Source: a virus
Taxonomy: Duplodnaviria > Heunggongvirae > Uroviricota > Caudoviricetes
Length of the DNA: 64,000 nt
Virus record (IMG/VR): IMGVR_UViG_3300047469_000094
Strand: one strand, 5' to 3'
The notes under the pieces are model-generated. The model saw only the letters and a list, made by a program, of their open reading frames with translations. It ran no database searches and was not told the DNA's origin. Below, one piece after another: positions 24,750-34,047 of this stretch (within the stretch, counting starts at the first letter, position 1; every line of letters begins with the position of its first letter). Made by a program: the position numbers and the translations under genes.

Positions 24750-24868
24750 TCGTCTTCCTCCATGTGGGCAACAGCAACGATGCCCTCTTCGGCCAACGTC
24801 TCTTCAATCAGTTCTAGGAGCTCCTCCTCTTCCAGGCCATCATCCTGGATGTGCAGAACTACACGCAT
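24746..24868 (-). CDS. small highly acidic protein (40 aa)
   Basis: GGAGGTG RBS + ATG; MRVVLHIQDDGLEEEELLELIEETLAEEGIVAVAHMEEDE; stop overlaps next ATG; below ORF-track cutoff. Confidence 0.3.
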   Translation of the reverse strand: MRVVLHIQDDGLEEEELLELIEETLAEEGIVAVAHMEEDE

Positions 24869-25161
24869 TGGTCTACACCTCCGTTGAGAGTGGATACTTC
24901 ACCATTGCCTGGCTCCTTTTCAGAGGTACTCACTTCGCAGAAATACGCATCGAGCTTTATATCCTCGGGGAGGCTACCCCACCCTAACATATCTTCAAGA
25001 CCTTGCTTGACACCCTCTTTTACTTCTTCGTCAGATTTGACTTCGTCAGGAGCACTGTGATGCATGCTCACTTCTAACGAGATTTTGATCTTGGTAACAT
25101 GTGTCATTATCGAGTCCTCACGATTGCTGGGAGTGGAGTATCCACGTAGATCTTGCGGCAA
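24859..25161 (-). CDS. hypothetical protein
   Basis: 100-aa ORF. Confidence 0.45.
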   Translation of the reverse strand: MPQDLRGYSTPSNREDSIMTHVTKIKISLEVSMHHSAPDEVKSDEEVKEGVKQGLEDMLGWGSLPEDIKLDAYFCEVSTSEKEPGNGEVSTLNGGVDQCV

Positions 25162-25439
25162 GTGCAGTTGACGATAATGTCCCGGCCCATCCAGGCTTCC
25201 GGAACTACGAGAAGATCACGCCCTGACCGGTAGGTGATTACCAGGTTACGGTAACGCTCTTCCGGAGATAGCTTCTGCTTAAGCTTGGCGATAGCCGTGC
25301 TGTACTCAGACGCAACTTCGTTACGAGCCTGGACGTGAGACGAAACAGAATTGTTGAAGTACTGCTGCGACTTCTTATCTTTGTTCTTCTGCTTCTCTTT
25401 CTTGCCAAACTTGCCTGCCCACCAACTAGCCATACCCAT
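25107..25439 (-). CDS. hypothetical protein
   Basis: 110-aa ORF. Confidence 0.5.
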   Translation of the reverse strand: MGMASWWAGKFGKKEKQKNKDKKSQQYFNNSVSSHVQARNEVASEYSTAIAKLKQKLSPEERYRNLVITYRSGRDLLVVPEAWMGRDIIVNCTCRKIYVDTPLPAIVRTR

Positions 25440-26332
25440 TACCTAACCTCTATGTGCTTCATGAATTCGAAAGAGTCGTTAGTGCTCGACTCGCCTTTGT
25501 AACCGTACTGGTTGGTGACCACCCGCATATCCCCGATCATATAATCGACGTTCTGATGGGTGTGACCGTGAATCCAGGTAGAGCCCTTAGGCCAGATGTA
25601 GCCCGGACCACCGTCGTCAAGATAGTCGGTATTGAAGTAAGCTGCAACGATATCCCGCTGAGGGAAGTCTCGATGAGCACTACGACGTGACGGACCAAAG
25701 TGAGTAACGATGATCGGGATACGGCCCTTACTAAGAACGTCTCTCTCAAGCCAGGTCTCCAACGCAGACACTGCCTCCTGATTCATCTTGATGTGATCTT
25801 CAGCAGTCAACATGAATCCATTGACTCGGCTACGGTGGTAATCCCCGATGCACTTCTGGATCTCAGACTGAGGTACTTGGAAGACGTTACCGTCTGCGTC
25901 GTAATCTTCGTACTTAACGAGGTTGGTGAACCACGGAGACATGAAGATCGAGTAGTTGGTGTCGGGAATGTCCATGCCTTCGTTGTAAAGGAAGGTAACT
26001 CCCTCGACCTTTGCCAAGCCCTCCCGCATGTATTGGACTTGTTCGTCCATGTTCCAGTGATGCTTGACACCATCCCAGAACTCATGGTTGCCTGGTGTGT
26101 AGAAGACAGGAACACCGCTGTACTCACGAACTGCTTTGAGGAGTCCGGGTACGTGGAGGGTATGAGTCATGTCGCCCGCAAGGATCAGATAGTCGAAAGG
26201 AGCATCTTCCGGAATATAGTCCTTGGTCATAGCTGGGGCATATTGATTGCCAAAGCGCTCATAATGGAAATCTGAGCCGAAGAAAATCTTCTTAGGCGGT
26301 TTCAAAAGGGGCGGATCTAAGGCCTGGTCCAC
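25439..26332 (-). CDS. calcineurin-like metallophosphoesterase
   Basis: Motifs ILAGDMTH, GNHEFWDG, IIVTHFGP, GHTHQN in 297-aa ORF. Confidence 0.8.
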   Translation of the reverse strand: MDQALDPPLLKPPKKIFFGSDFHYERFGNQYAPAMTKDYIPEDAPFDYLILAGDMTHTLHVPGLLKAVREYSGVPVFYTPGNHEFWDGVKHHWNMDEQVQYMREGLAKVEGVTFLYNEGMDIPDTNYSIFMSPWFTNLVKYEDYDADGNVFQVPQSEIQKCIGDYHRSRVNGFMLTAEDHIKMNQEAVSALETWLERDVLSKGRIPIIVTHFGPSRRSAHRDFPQRDIVAAYFNTDYLDDGGPGYIWPKGSTWIHGHTHQNVDYMIGDMRVVTNQYGYKGESSTNDSFEFMKHIEVR

Positions 26333-26810
26333 TTCTTATTCCTATGGCTGCTAAACACGCAGCATCTGCTTCATGGTCAGTTTTGAACTTGTGACCGGTC
26401 AAGTGTAATGCCATTGCTTTGCTGAACTTCTTGTCCATCCGAGTACTTTCGTTGACAAAGCCTCTCTCCCGGAACTCCCTCTTAACCAAGGCAGTCTTCC
26501 AATCAAGCGCTCTGAAAAAGAATTGCTCAGCCATCCTCGTTCGGTCCATGGTAGCACCAAGAGCCATAAGGATGTACTCGGAATATTTGTTTGCTTTGCC
26601 AGCGTAGGAGACGTATCGCTCAAAAACGATAGTCTTAGGGGGGTACTGCTCCATGGGGATCTGGTCAAGAGACTTCGAAAACCCACCGACAGACAAGTCC
26701 ATTACCTTCGACCACATAACTTTATGATCTTGGTTCAGGATGGTGACTGTGTGAGTTCGCCAAGCGGGGTCACAGCCATAGTGGTACGTTTCAGTGGTCA
26801 CTTCCAACAT
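26292..26810 (-). CDS. RuvC-like Holliday junction resolvase
   Basis: N-terminal YHYGCDPA (GxDPG-like) and C-terminal HEADAACLAAIG matching the RuvC DAxDAlAiA catalytic motif. Confidence 0.6.
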   Translation of the reverse strand: MLEVTTETYHYGCDPAWRTHTVTILNQDHKVMWSKVMDLSVGGFSKSLDQIPMEQYPPKTIVFERYVSYAGKANKYSEYILMALGATMDRTRMAEQFFFRALDWKTALVKREFRERGFVNESTRMDKKFSKAMALHLTGHKFKTDHEADAACLAAIGIRSGPGLRSAPFETA

Positions 26811-27018
26811 CCTCGATGACTTGAGACTTCAACTGCACTTTTAGATAAGCACGGTCTTCGCCTTCATGATCACCAGAGGATATCACCTTGATCCACAGCC
26901 AGCTACCCTTACCACGTTCAGGATTCGATTCATCCGGGCATGACTCCCAGCCCTTCTCTGCCTGGTTGTGAAACCGGCAATTACCACAGTAGCAATATCT
27001 GGTCTTTTTCCAACTCAT
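26791..27018 (-). CDS. hypothetical Cys-rich small protein
   Basis: 75-aa ORF, CYCGNC...C motif. Confidence 0.45.
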   Translation of the reverse strand: MSWKKTRYCYCGNCRFHNQAEKGWESCPDESNPERGKGSWLWIKVISSGDHEGEDRAYLKVQLKSQVIEDVGSDH

Positions 27019-27056
27019 TCGCGGTTCTCCGTTGCGATTGGTTGGATATTAACTCG

Positions 27057-27353
27057 TTATAGCCCTGTGGCTAGCCATTTCACCGACTCTACCCACCAAC
27101 CAGTTGTTAATCGGAAACCGGACGGACTGATCTCAGACGTCTGCCCAGTAGACACGGTTACATTAAACGGCAATCCACCGAATACTACTGGGAAGGGTAT
27201 GTACTGGTCTCTTGGTGAGACCACTTCAACCGACCCCCACTGGGTGCGTATCCCGTTTATAAGATCGAAATTTCCAAATGGAAACTCCACGATGCGACGG
27301 ATCTTTCCATTCACCGTTTCGAGCGTATGCCCCTTAACCAATGACTTCCTCAT
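27057..27353 (-). CDS. hypothetical protein
   Basis: 98-aa ORF. Confidence 0.45.
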   Translation of the reverse strand: MRKSLVKGHTLETVNGKIRRIVEFPFGNFDLINGIRTQWGSVEVVSPRDQYIPFPVVFGGLPFNVTVSTGQTSEISPSGFRLTTGWWVESVKWLATGL

Positions 27354-27360
27354 ATCTCAC

Positions 27361-27777
27361 CTATTGCGTTGATACCACCCCGGACGGGACGGAAACGTAA
27401 GCACCTTCGGTAAGAATCTCAGAGATCATCTCTGGGATCAACTCCTTCAAGTTCTTGTCCATGCCGTACCAATGAGTGCAGTGAAGCAGTCGAAGACGGT
27501 TCAGAGTGTGCTTAGTGTCAACTGTGGATAACTTGAGGAAATCAACCGCCTCCGTTACCTCGCAAATACTGAAGAATGAACTGCGGAACATCTTGTCCAG
27601 CTTCATCTTCACTAGCGCAACGTCAAACGGGTCATGATCGTCGAGAAAAACTAAGCGGTCCACCGTGCTCTGCTTACGAGCAATAACTCGCGTACCGTAG
27701 GTAGAAACCTCTGTCTTAGGCTGTACAAACTTAGACAGAAAAGTCATCAAAGCACCCTTCTCTTGTAGCTCACTCAT
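27361..27777 (-). CDS. hypothetical protein (N-terminal MTFLSKF motif, family-like)
   Basis: 138-aa ORF. Confidence 0.5.
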   Translation of the reverse strand: MSELQEKGALMTFLSKFVQPKTEVSTYGTRVIARKQSTVDRLVFLDDHDPFDVALVKMKLDKMFRSSFFSICEVTEAVDFLKLSTVDTKHTLNRLRLLHCTHWYGMDKNLKELIPEMISEILTEGAYVSVPSGVVSTQ

Positions 27778-28304
27778 CTCATATTCCTCTTGTAATCACC
27801 ACGAACAGCGTCAACACCGTTGTACTCAACGAAGATCACTTCCTCGCCTTCCAGCTCTTCGTCGATGATTGCAGAAATGATCCGCCAGTCACCGCCAGCA
27901 CGAGCAGCTCCAATCGCAGGCACACCGAAGGACTTGCCTTGATTACCGTAGTCCGGCTTCAACTGCCTGAACACAGATCGCAACGCATCGTAGTCACAGA
28001 GAACACCCTTGCCGTACCAGTGGAACTGGGTATAGGCATTGATGATCGTACCTAAAAAGACTCCACGACGAACACCGTCTGAGTTTCGGAGATCCCGGTA
28101 GATATCTGCGTGGGTGTACGTCCCCAACTTCGTTTTGTCGAAACGAACCGTACGGCAATCCGCCTCGTAAGCTTCCGGGTATTTCTCCTTGATAGTCCTA
28201 GCAATGCCATCGCCCATGTTATTACCACAGTTACAACCGTGGACGATTACGTCGAAGTCACCTTCGCTGAAGCCTAGGATCAAATCGCCTTTAACGTGTT
28301 TCAT
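27774..28304 (-). CDS. macro-domain (ADP-ribose-binding/processing) protein
   Basis: IVHGCNCGNNMGDGIARTI and GVPAIGAARAGGDW blocks typical of MacroD/YmdB-type macro domains. Confidence 0.75.
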   Translation of the reverse strand: MKHVKGDLILGFSEGDFDVIVHGCNCGNNMGDGIARTIKEKYPEAYEADCRTVRFDKTKLGTYTHADIYRDLRNSDGVRRGVFLGTIINAYTQFHWYGKGVLCDYDALRSVFRQLKPDYGNQGKSFGVPAIGAARAGGDWRIISAIIDEELEGEEVIFVEYNGVDAVRGDYKRNMR

Positions 28305-28306
28305 GT

Positions 28307-28624
28307 TTAGAACTCCGTATTGTACCGATACTCACAAAAGAAATTCAAAGCACTCGCTTTAACCAGGCTTCGTCGAAATGACACTTTTTTAACGTGGCAG
28401 TTAGCTGAATAAGAAGGAGATGCTCTCCCCGTGTCTATTACTAAGCCCACTTCTAAAGCACGCCACTCTATCGTGTTATCCGAATCTATTTTGAGAACCT
28501 CCATAGTCTCCACGTACCCCGCAGGATTATCCCCATGTACGACGTCAAGCTGTAACAGAAGAGTTGTGGTAGGGCCTTGTATCCCTTCCTTACGCAATCT
28601 ACTTAGTACCTCGGTCATCCTCAT
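28307..28624 (-). CDS. hypothetical protein
   Basis: 105-aa ORF. Confidence 0.5.
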   Translation of the reverse strand: MRMTEVLSRLRKEGIQGPTTTLLLQLDVVHGDNPAGYVETMEVLKIDSDNTIEWRALEVGLVIDTGRASPSYSANCHVKKVSFRRSLVKASALNFFCEYRYNTEF

Positions 28625-28715
28625 AGCATTCTACCTAAACAATAGAGGTTCATTACTCCCCTTATACCCGTGTTTTTTAGGATACGTAAAAGAAAGGCCC
28701 TGACTGGGCCCGTTC

Positions 28716-29033
28716 TTATGTTTTGGAGATTAGTTCGATCCTTGCCTGCATGGCTCGGTCGATGAACTCCTCGTGGGTAAAGTCTGTGGTGAGAACGTGG
28801 AAGACCCAGTCCCAGTAGCCAGTGGTTGTATCTCCAGCCGCTACTGCCTCCGACCAAACCTTGCTGGTGATCACAGGATGCTCACTACGACCTAGGAGTT
28901 TGTACACACGAGAGATATTGCCCTCAGTACTATCCATGATCAGTAGTTGTTGCTGCAACTTCTTATCGTCTGGGACTAGAGCCAAGTCAGACAAGGCTAC
29001 GTACCGAAGAAGATCAATTACGTCTTTGCTCAT
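28716..29033 (-). CDS. hypothetical protein
   Basis: 105-aa ORF; preceded (minus sense) by terminator hairpin 28694-28712. Confidence 0.5.
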   Translation of the reverse strand: MSKDVIDLLRYVALSDLALVPDDKKLQQQLLIMDSTEGNISRVYKLLGRSEHPVITSKVWSEAVAAGDTTTGYWDWVFHVLTTDFTHEEFIDRAMQARIELISKT

Positions 29034-29035
29034 TA

Positions 29036-29290
29036 TCAGGCCTTTATTTGGAATAGTACTGTTCTACCAACCAAATGGCTACCATTCAGAAGGATACCTG
29101 TTATCTCGAAGATCCCTTTGTGGGCACGTATAGACAAATAGTCATCAGTCCTATCTGATAAACGATACGTCAATCGCTCTTCAGTTATTGAAGTGATTGG
29201 ATAATTTACGCTCATGTACCTGAAACTTATAGGAACGTCTAACGCCCTACCACCAAACCTATCCACCATCGTTGTTACGAAGTCCATCAA
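29036..29290 (-). CDS. small protein, paralog array 2 (7 tandem ~86-aa copies)
   Basis: MMDFVTTMVDRFGG...; paralogous to neighbours. Confidence 0.55.
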   Translation of the reverse strand: MMDFVTTMVDRFGGRALDVPISFRYMSVNYPITSITEERLTYRLSDRTDDYLSIRAHKGIFEITGILLNGSHLVGRTVLFQIKA

Positions 29291-29544
29291 CTGTTACCTC
29301 CGATATCAATCACGACACGTCGCTTAGATGGGAGGAAACGGCTACCCTCGGTGGTCACTGATCGAACTACGTAGTCAAATGTGCCAGAGGTTAACGACCC
29401 GGAGTCCCCATCGTCAGCCCTGTACTTAACCCGATCATCTTCAATTCCTATTACCCGATAGTACTTACGAGCATACTTGAAGTAAACACCACGAGGCATA
29501 CTCTGGTTCGAGAACAGTTTCACCATCATCGTTGCAAAGTACAT
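29287..29544 (-). CDS. small protein, paralog array 2
   Basis: C-terminal RRVVIDIGGNS shared with next copy. Confidence 0.55.
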   Translation of the reverse strand: MYFATMMVKLFSNQSMPRGVYFKYARKYYRVIGIEDDRVKYRADDGDSGSLTSGTFDYVVRSVTTEGSRFLPSKRRVVIDIGGNS

Positions 29545-29808
29545 TCATCCACTCCCTATATCTATAACGATTCTTCTTTTTCCATGGATCAAGCTGCTTC
29601 CACGGATGCGGACACCACGTATGTAGTACCTGTAGCTTGTCGCTTTTGCATACAACACTTCTACGTTGTAATCAGTCCGATACTTTATAAAGTCAGCACC
29701 TACTTCCTCTATGGGGTAACTCCTATCTCCATACTTGAAAGATAGCCCCTCAGGACTACCAAGGCCATCGAAAAGACGCACCAACGTGCTAACGAAGTCC
29801 ATACTCAT
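29545..29808 (-). CDS. small protein, paralog array 2
   Basis: MSMDFVSTLVRLFDGLG...RRIVIDIGSG. Confidence 0.55.
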   Translation of the reverse strand: MSMDFVSTLVRLFDGLGSPEGLSFKYGDRSYPIEEVGADFIKYRTDYNVEVLYAKATSYRYYIRGVRIRGSSLIHGKRRIVIDIGSG

Positions 29809-30065
29809 TTATACCTACAGTAGAGGTGGATGCGTCCACGTTCGAGAACTTTGTTAGAATTCTCTATCTTCACAGTTTGGATGTGCAGGTTCTTATAGGT
29901 GCCTTCATCCAAGACTCCTGTGCTGGAAGACCCAAGATGCCGGTACCGAATACCACCTGGAATTACCTCCGTGATTTGATAACTTACTCCGGCGAGGGAA
30001 AGCCAAAGATCGTTACCTACCGCCTTGCCAAGTAGGTGGCGCTTCAACGTTTCTATTAATCGCAT
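29805..30065 (-). CDS. small protein, paralog array 2
   Basis: ...RIHLYCRYK C-terminus. Confidence 0.55.
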   Translation of the reverse strand: MRLIETLKRHLLGKAVGNDLWLSLAGVSYQITEVIPGGIRYRHLGSSSTGVLDEGTYKNLHIQTVKIENSNKVLERGRIHLYCRYK

Positions 30066-30073
30066 AACACCTC

Positions 30074-30334
30074 CTAGCTATAGCGGCACTCAAAGTATAT
30101 ACGCGGTTTCTTTACTAACTTTTTAGCGGAAGAAATTTTGACCACCATAAGCCGCATGGAGGGGTTGCTCTCTACCGTTATGCACTCTTCCTGCATTCGT
30201 CCCCCTATCCGTAGATAGATCCCTTTGTCAGTAACCTTTGCTATTCGGTGGGTGCTACTACCCAGTGTCAGGAACGTATCTCGGGGAAGTACACGTCCAG
30301 AGAAACGCCGGATCATTTCACTTACAAACTGCAT
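30074..30334 (-). CDS. small protein, paralog array 2
   Basis: MQFVSEMIRRFSGR...RIYFECRYS. Confidence 0.55.
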   Translation of the reverse strand: MQFVSEMIRRFSGRVLPRDTFLTLGSSTHRIAKVTDKGIYLRIGGRMQEECITVESNPSMRLMVVKISSAKKLVKKPRIYFECRYS

Positions 30335-30346
30335 AACTCCCCCTAC

Positions 30347-30625
30347 TCAGTAATCAAACTGACAGTCGATGAAGTACTTAGGTGTGTTTACCAGCTTCCT
30401 CTCGGTCTCTACTGAGAAACCTTTAATATTCAGGTCGCTGTAGACATGAGGAGCCAGAAGGCTTCGACCTGTCTCATTAATATGCGTGTAATACACACCC
30501 TTGCTGTCTACGCCGACTATACGGTACGGCGTCTCTTTTATCCGGAGGTACAACTCCTTGGGAAGAGGTACACCTATTAGACGGTCAATCATTGTTTGAA
30601 CAAAGTTCATAACCCCTCCGCTCAT
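30347..30625 (-). CDS. small protein, paralog array 2
   Basis: ...NFVQTMIDRLIG...KYFIDCQFDY. Confidence 0.55.
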   Translation of the reverse strand: MSGGVMNFVQTMIDRLIGVPLPKELYLRIKETPYRIVGVDSKGVYYTHINETGRSLLAPHVYSDLNIKGFSVETERKLVNTPKYFIDCQFDY

Positions 30626-30891
30626 TCACTAGTAAACCGACAGTCAAAGACATATCGTTGTTTCTGGGTGACTTTCTTAGGCGGAGAGATGGTTACTCTC
30701 ACTATCGTTAGACTCCTTTCTTGACCCACCGTAAGGACGTTTACCGGAGACCCTTCTCGTTCCAAGGCATACCAGATACGATCCTTGCCTACTTGGAAAA
30801 TCCGATACGAGTTCTCATGAACCTTCATATAGGTTTCTTTGGGTAGCGGTACTAAATAGAAACGATCTACCAATGCCTGTACAAGTTGCAT
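30622..30891 (-). CDS. small protein, paralog array 2
   Basis: MQLVQALVDRFY...RYVFDCRFTSE. Confidence 0.55.
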   Translation of the reverse strand: MQLVQALVDRFYLVPLPKETYMKVHENSYRIFQVGKDRIWYALEREGSPVNVLTVGQERSLTIVRVTISPPKKVTQKQRYVFDCRFTSE

Positions 30892-30910
30892 CGTTCAATC
30901 CTCTTAAAAG

Positions 30911-30935
30911 AAAAAGGAGGCCTAAGCCTCCTCTT
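30911..30935 (-). terminator. rho-independent terminator
   Basis: GGAGGC-TTAG-GCCTCC hairpin + TTTTTC on minus strand right after DNA polymerase stop. Confidence 0.5.
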
Positions 30936-30937
30936 TG

Positions 30938-32602
30938 TTATGCAGCCATTGGGGCCCGTCCAAATTTGTCAACCATAAGTATTTCTACTTCTGGCTGAGT
31001 TATTCCTCGGTGGACGGTCGCCACTTGCTTCCAGTTGATACCAGCTTCAACGTCGATGCGGATAGGGAAATCCATCCACTCAAACGTTTCCACCAGCAAA
31101 TCCTCCATCACATAGAAAGCAGTGTTTATCGCCTCTGCCATCCGGTGATACGGGACCTCAATAGCCAGCGAGTCATACACCGTGGTAAGGACCTTTGCAC
31201 CCATTGGTTTAACGGCTTCGTTGAGCTTGGAGAAACCGTAAAGACCTGTAACGGCAGAGCTGCTCTGACAACGAACGTTCTGTGAGTTACGTAGGGCCGC
31301 GTTGTATACCGCAGTCTTGCGAAAGATATTCATTGCTCCGAATTCTTTCTTAGACTGACCGTACATATTCATGACGTAGTTATTAGCCTTCGCCATTGCG
31401 TGTGAATCGTTTACGTACACTTCGATCAACGGGAACTCTTTGAAGTACATCGCAATAAGGCGGGTAGCCTCTTGCTCAGTAATGTTCAGGGTATGAGCAA
31501 TGCCTCTGACGCTAGATCCGTAGAGGATTCCAAAAGTTAGAGATTTTGCCCCTTGACGCAGGGCTTTAAATCGTTTTTTAAGAGCCAGGATAGCGGGATC
31601 ACTACCCTCGTAGTTGACGTGGAAAACCATCTCATCGTAGTCCACCCCATGCATCTGAGATGCGGAGTACGAATGGAAATCCTTGCCTTCCGCAACCGCC
31701 CTTAACAATTTTGGATCTCGGCATAGGAATGCCAGCATAACTACTTCTGCACCTGACTGATCCAGGCACAGGAATAGATTCCCAGGATCTACGGTGTAGC
31801 ACTGCTTGATACTGTACCCTAACTTGTTTTCAGTCTGGGTGTTAGGAATCTGAGTCATATTCGGGAACTGACCAGACGGCCTGAACGACGAAGTACCAAA
31901 CAACGAATAGCTACTGTGAACCCTACCATCACTCTTGACGAAATCAGGGATATACGTCTTGAAAAAAGTATTGTACACAGAATTAACGTTGTTCCGTCGG
32001 GCTAAGACCTTCAACCAATCCAGGTTATGAGTCTCAGCTAAAGCACTTAACGCATCACCATCAACGCTCGGCTCGTTCTTCTTGGTGTAGCTAGGAGGCT
32101 CAAAACCAAGATCCCCATAGAGAATCTTTACCAGTTCTTTGCCACTATCCGGATTGAACTTCGACCCAAACAAGGTGAAGATCTCATCTTCAAGTCGTGG
32201 CAACTCCTCCTCAATCTGAGCACACTGCTTCCTATTAAGGTCGCAATCGTACTTAATCCCATTGATCTCCATGTCGATTAAGAACTCGTGAGCAGGCATT
32301 TCTACCTGCTCCATGAAGTCTAGGATGGCTGGGGCTGACCGAACTTCCTGAACCCCCTGCGTGTAGTACATATACGGTTTCCGCTCAACCACCTTGGGGA
32401 ATACTGCGTTCAGTACCCCCGTTGTCGCCAAGCAGTCAACACCAGCATACTGGTAGAGATCCTCCGGAGGGAAGTCCTCATACGTGTTGTATACCGGTGC
32501 TTCTTCTTTTACTGCGACAGACTTTCCCATCCGTTTGTCCTCGATGGCTCCCCTGAGGAGAACCCTATTTCTGTAAACTCTGCGTCGGGCGTAGTTATCC
32601 AC
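30938..32602 (-). CDS. family A DNA polymerase, polymerase-domain subunit (carries Exo III-like motif and pol motifs A, B, C)
   Basis: YAGVDCLAT (Exo III-like Yx3D), motif A DQSGAEVVMLAF, motif B RQGAKSLTFGILYGSS, motif C VYDSLAIEV. Confidence 0.88.
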   Translation of the reverse strand: MDNYARRRVYRNRVLLRGAIEDKRMGKSVAVKEEAPVYNTYEDFPPEDLYQYAGVDCLATTGVLNAVFPKVVERKPYMYYTQGVQEVRSAPAILDFMEQVEMPAHEFLIDMEINGIKYDCDLNRKQCAQIEEELPRLEDEIFTLFGSKFNPDSGKELVKILYGDLGFEPPSYTKKNEPSVDGDALSALAETHNLDWLKVLARRNNVNSVYNTFFKTYIPDFVKSDGRVHSSYSLFGTSSFRPSGQFPNMTQIPNTQTENKLGYSIKQCYTVDPGNLFLCLDQSGAEVVMLAFLCRDPKLLRAVAEGKDFHSYSASQMHGVDYDEMVFHVNYEGSDPAILALKKRFKALRQGAKSLTFGILYGSSVRGIAHTLNITEQEATRLIAMYFKEFPLIEVYVNDSHAMAKANNYVMNMYGQSKKEFGAMNIFRKTAVYNAALRNSQNVRCQSSSAVTGLYGFSKLNEAVKPMGAKVLTTVYDSLAIEVPYHRMAEAINTAFYVMEDLLVETFEWMDFPIRIDVEAGINWKQVATVHRGITQPEVEILMVDKFGRAPMAA

Positions 32603-32973
32603 CCACCGGAAGCGCTAGAGAATTCGACGTCTGCATCTACGTCCATGAACCGCAATTCGTCTGCAAGATCATGTTCAGAATCGACGGTTTTATAGTAGCA
32701 CGTCTTATTACGACGGATCAGAATTTCGAAACGGCCTGGTTGTGTTTTGTGTTTACGAATACGACCAAGAAACCAACGACCATCGTAGCCGGAGGTGTTA
32801 CCCATGACAAACGAACCCAACGTCTGTTCGGTGTTCAAGTTACGAACCATGAACATACCGTGGATAGGCTTGGCCATAGTCCGTACTGCCTTTAGGACAC
32901 CTGGATCACCTTTGACGCCTGAGAAGCAGTACTGAGGCATCGCGTGCAGCGGTTTGATATTTCCACCACTCAT
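32509..32973 (-). CDS. hypothetical protein
   Basis: 154-aa ORF between the two polymerase parts. Confidence 0.45.
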   Translation of the reverse strand: MSGGNIKPLHAMPQYCFSGVKGDPGVLKAVRTMAKPIHGMFMVRNLNTEQTLGSFVMGNTSGYDGRWFLGRIRKHKTQPGRFEILIRRNKTCYYKTVDSEHDLADELRFMDVDADVEFSSASGGWITTPDAEFTEIGFSSGEPSRTNGWESLSQ

Positions 32974-33533
32974 TCGTAGATACCTCCCGAGCCCATGCCA
33001 CCCATACCAAAGTAATCGTCCATGTCACCATCATCCATCTGAGAGTTGCCACCGAACAAAGAGTTATCCCCGAACAGCATCTCGAAACGAAGATCCTGAG
33101 GATGCTCTACAAACTTCTCCTGGAAAGGATGATCCAAGGATGCCTCCCAGTACTCGGAGAGACCGAACAGACTATCCGTCCCGTTTAGCTCCAAGCCCTT
33201 GAGGAGATTCATAATCTCGCTTGGGTGCTTGCAGAACGCAGTTGCGTCTCGGCTACCACCGTGGATGAACAGTTCGTGATACACACGGTTAGGATCTACT
33301 GCCGAAGGGCTTGGCTGAATCTGACCGATAAAGTACGAACCGGCGTGGTCACCTTCAAGGGTGAACGCAGATACGCTGCTCTCATCTTCACGCAGCTTCA
33401 CCAGGAAGTAACCATCATTGCGTACAGCACCAAGACGAAGTTCGTACAGATCCCGATCTCGGCTAAGACCCATAGCTTTGAAACAAGCGAGTGGAACATT
33501 GGTCAGCGGCTTTACATTCTTGTATTCGAACAT
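32970..33533 (-). CDS. hypothetical protein with Gly/Met-rich C-terminus
   Basis: Start placed at internal ATG (M46 of ORF 32970..33668) with GAGGAAG RBS; upstream gene 33544..33978 ends just before. Confidence 0.5.
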   Translation of the reverse strand: MFEYKNVKPLTNVPLACFKAMGLSRDRDLYELRLGAVRNDGYFLVKLREDESSVSAFTLEGDHAGSYFIGQIQPSPSAVDPNRVYHELFIHGGSRDATAFCKHPSEIMNLLKGLELNGTDSLFGLSEYWEASLDHPFQEKFVEHPQDLRFEMLFGDNSLFGGNSQMDDGDMDDYFGMGGMGSGGIYE

Positions 33534-33543
33534 GGTTACTTCC

Positions 33544-33978
33544 TCAGACAATATCAAAGCCGGTTTCGGCGAAAGTTTTGGATTCAGATACGTTCCACTT
33601 GGAAGGGTAGCGACTAATGTCTTCCCCTTTCTCCAAGGAGCGCAATGCCTCCGCAAGAGCATGGTCATCCATCGCTTCTACTTCGTAGACCGTACCCAAG
33701 GTTCCGGTCAGATAAAGAGAACGACGATAGACTTCAAGTTTGTAGTCCGTGTCCTTACTCGGAGTAAGACTGATCTTCCCCAACCGCCAAGACCCGGTAA
33801 ACCGAAGACCTGTAAGGGGGAAAGTGTCATTGATCATTATCTCCGACATGAACATGAAGAAACCATCTGCACGTCTCGTCTTCTTGCGCAAGGCGTGGAG
33901 CATCGAACTGTTATGGTCGTGCCCCGTCTTAAAAAACGCATTCATCGGGATGTCCACCAACGGTACTATCTTGGGCAT
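33544..33978 (-). CDS. hypothetical protein
   Basis: 144-aa ORF. Confidence 0.5.
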   Translation of the reverse strand: MPKIVPLVDIPMNAFFKTGHDHNSSMLHALRKKTRRADGFFMFMSEIMINDTFPLTGLRFTGSWRLGKISLTPSKDTDYKLEVYRRSLYLTGTLGTVYEVEAMDDHALAEALRSLEKGEDISRYPSKWNVSESKTFAETGFDIV

Positions 33979-34047
33979 CAGAGCCTCCTAAGCTATGGAT
34001 TGCACTTTGTTTATACCAAAGAAAAGGCCCCTTAATGGGGCCCTTGT

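Noticed and set aside
25700-26275. 191-aa plus-strand ORF
   Set aside because: It is antisense to the metallophosphoesterase gene, whose GNHE/GHTH motifs identify the real frame.
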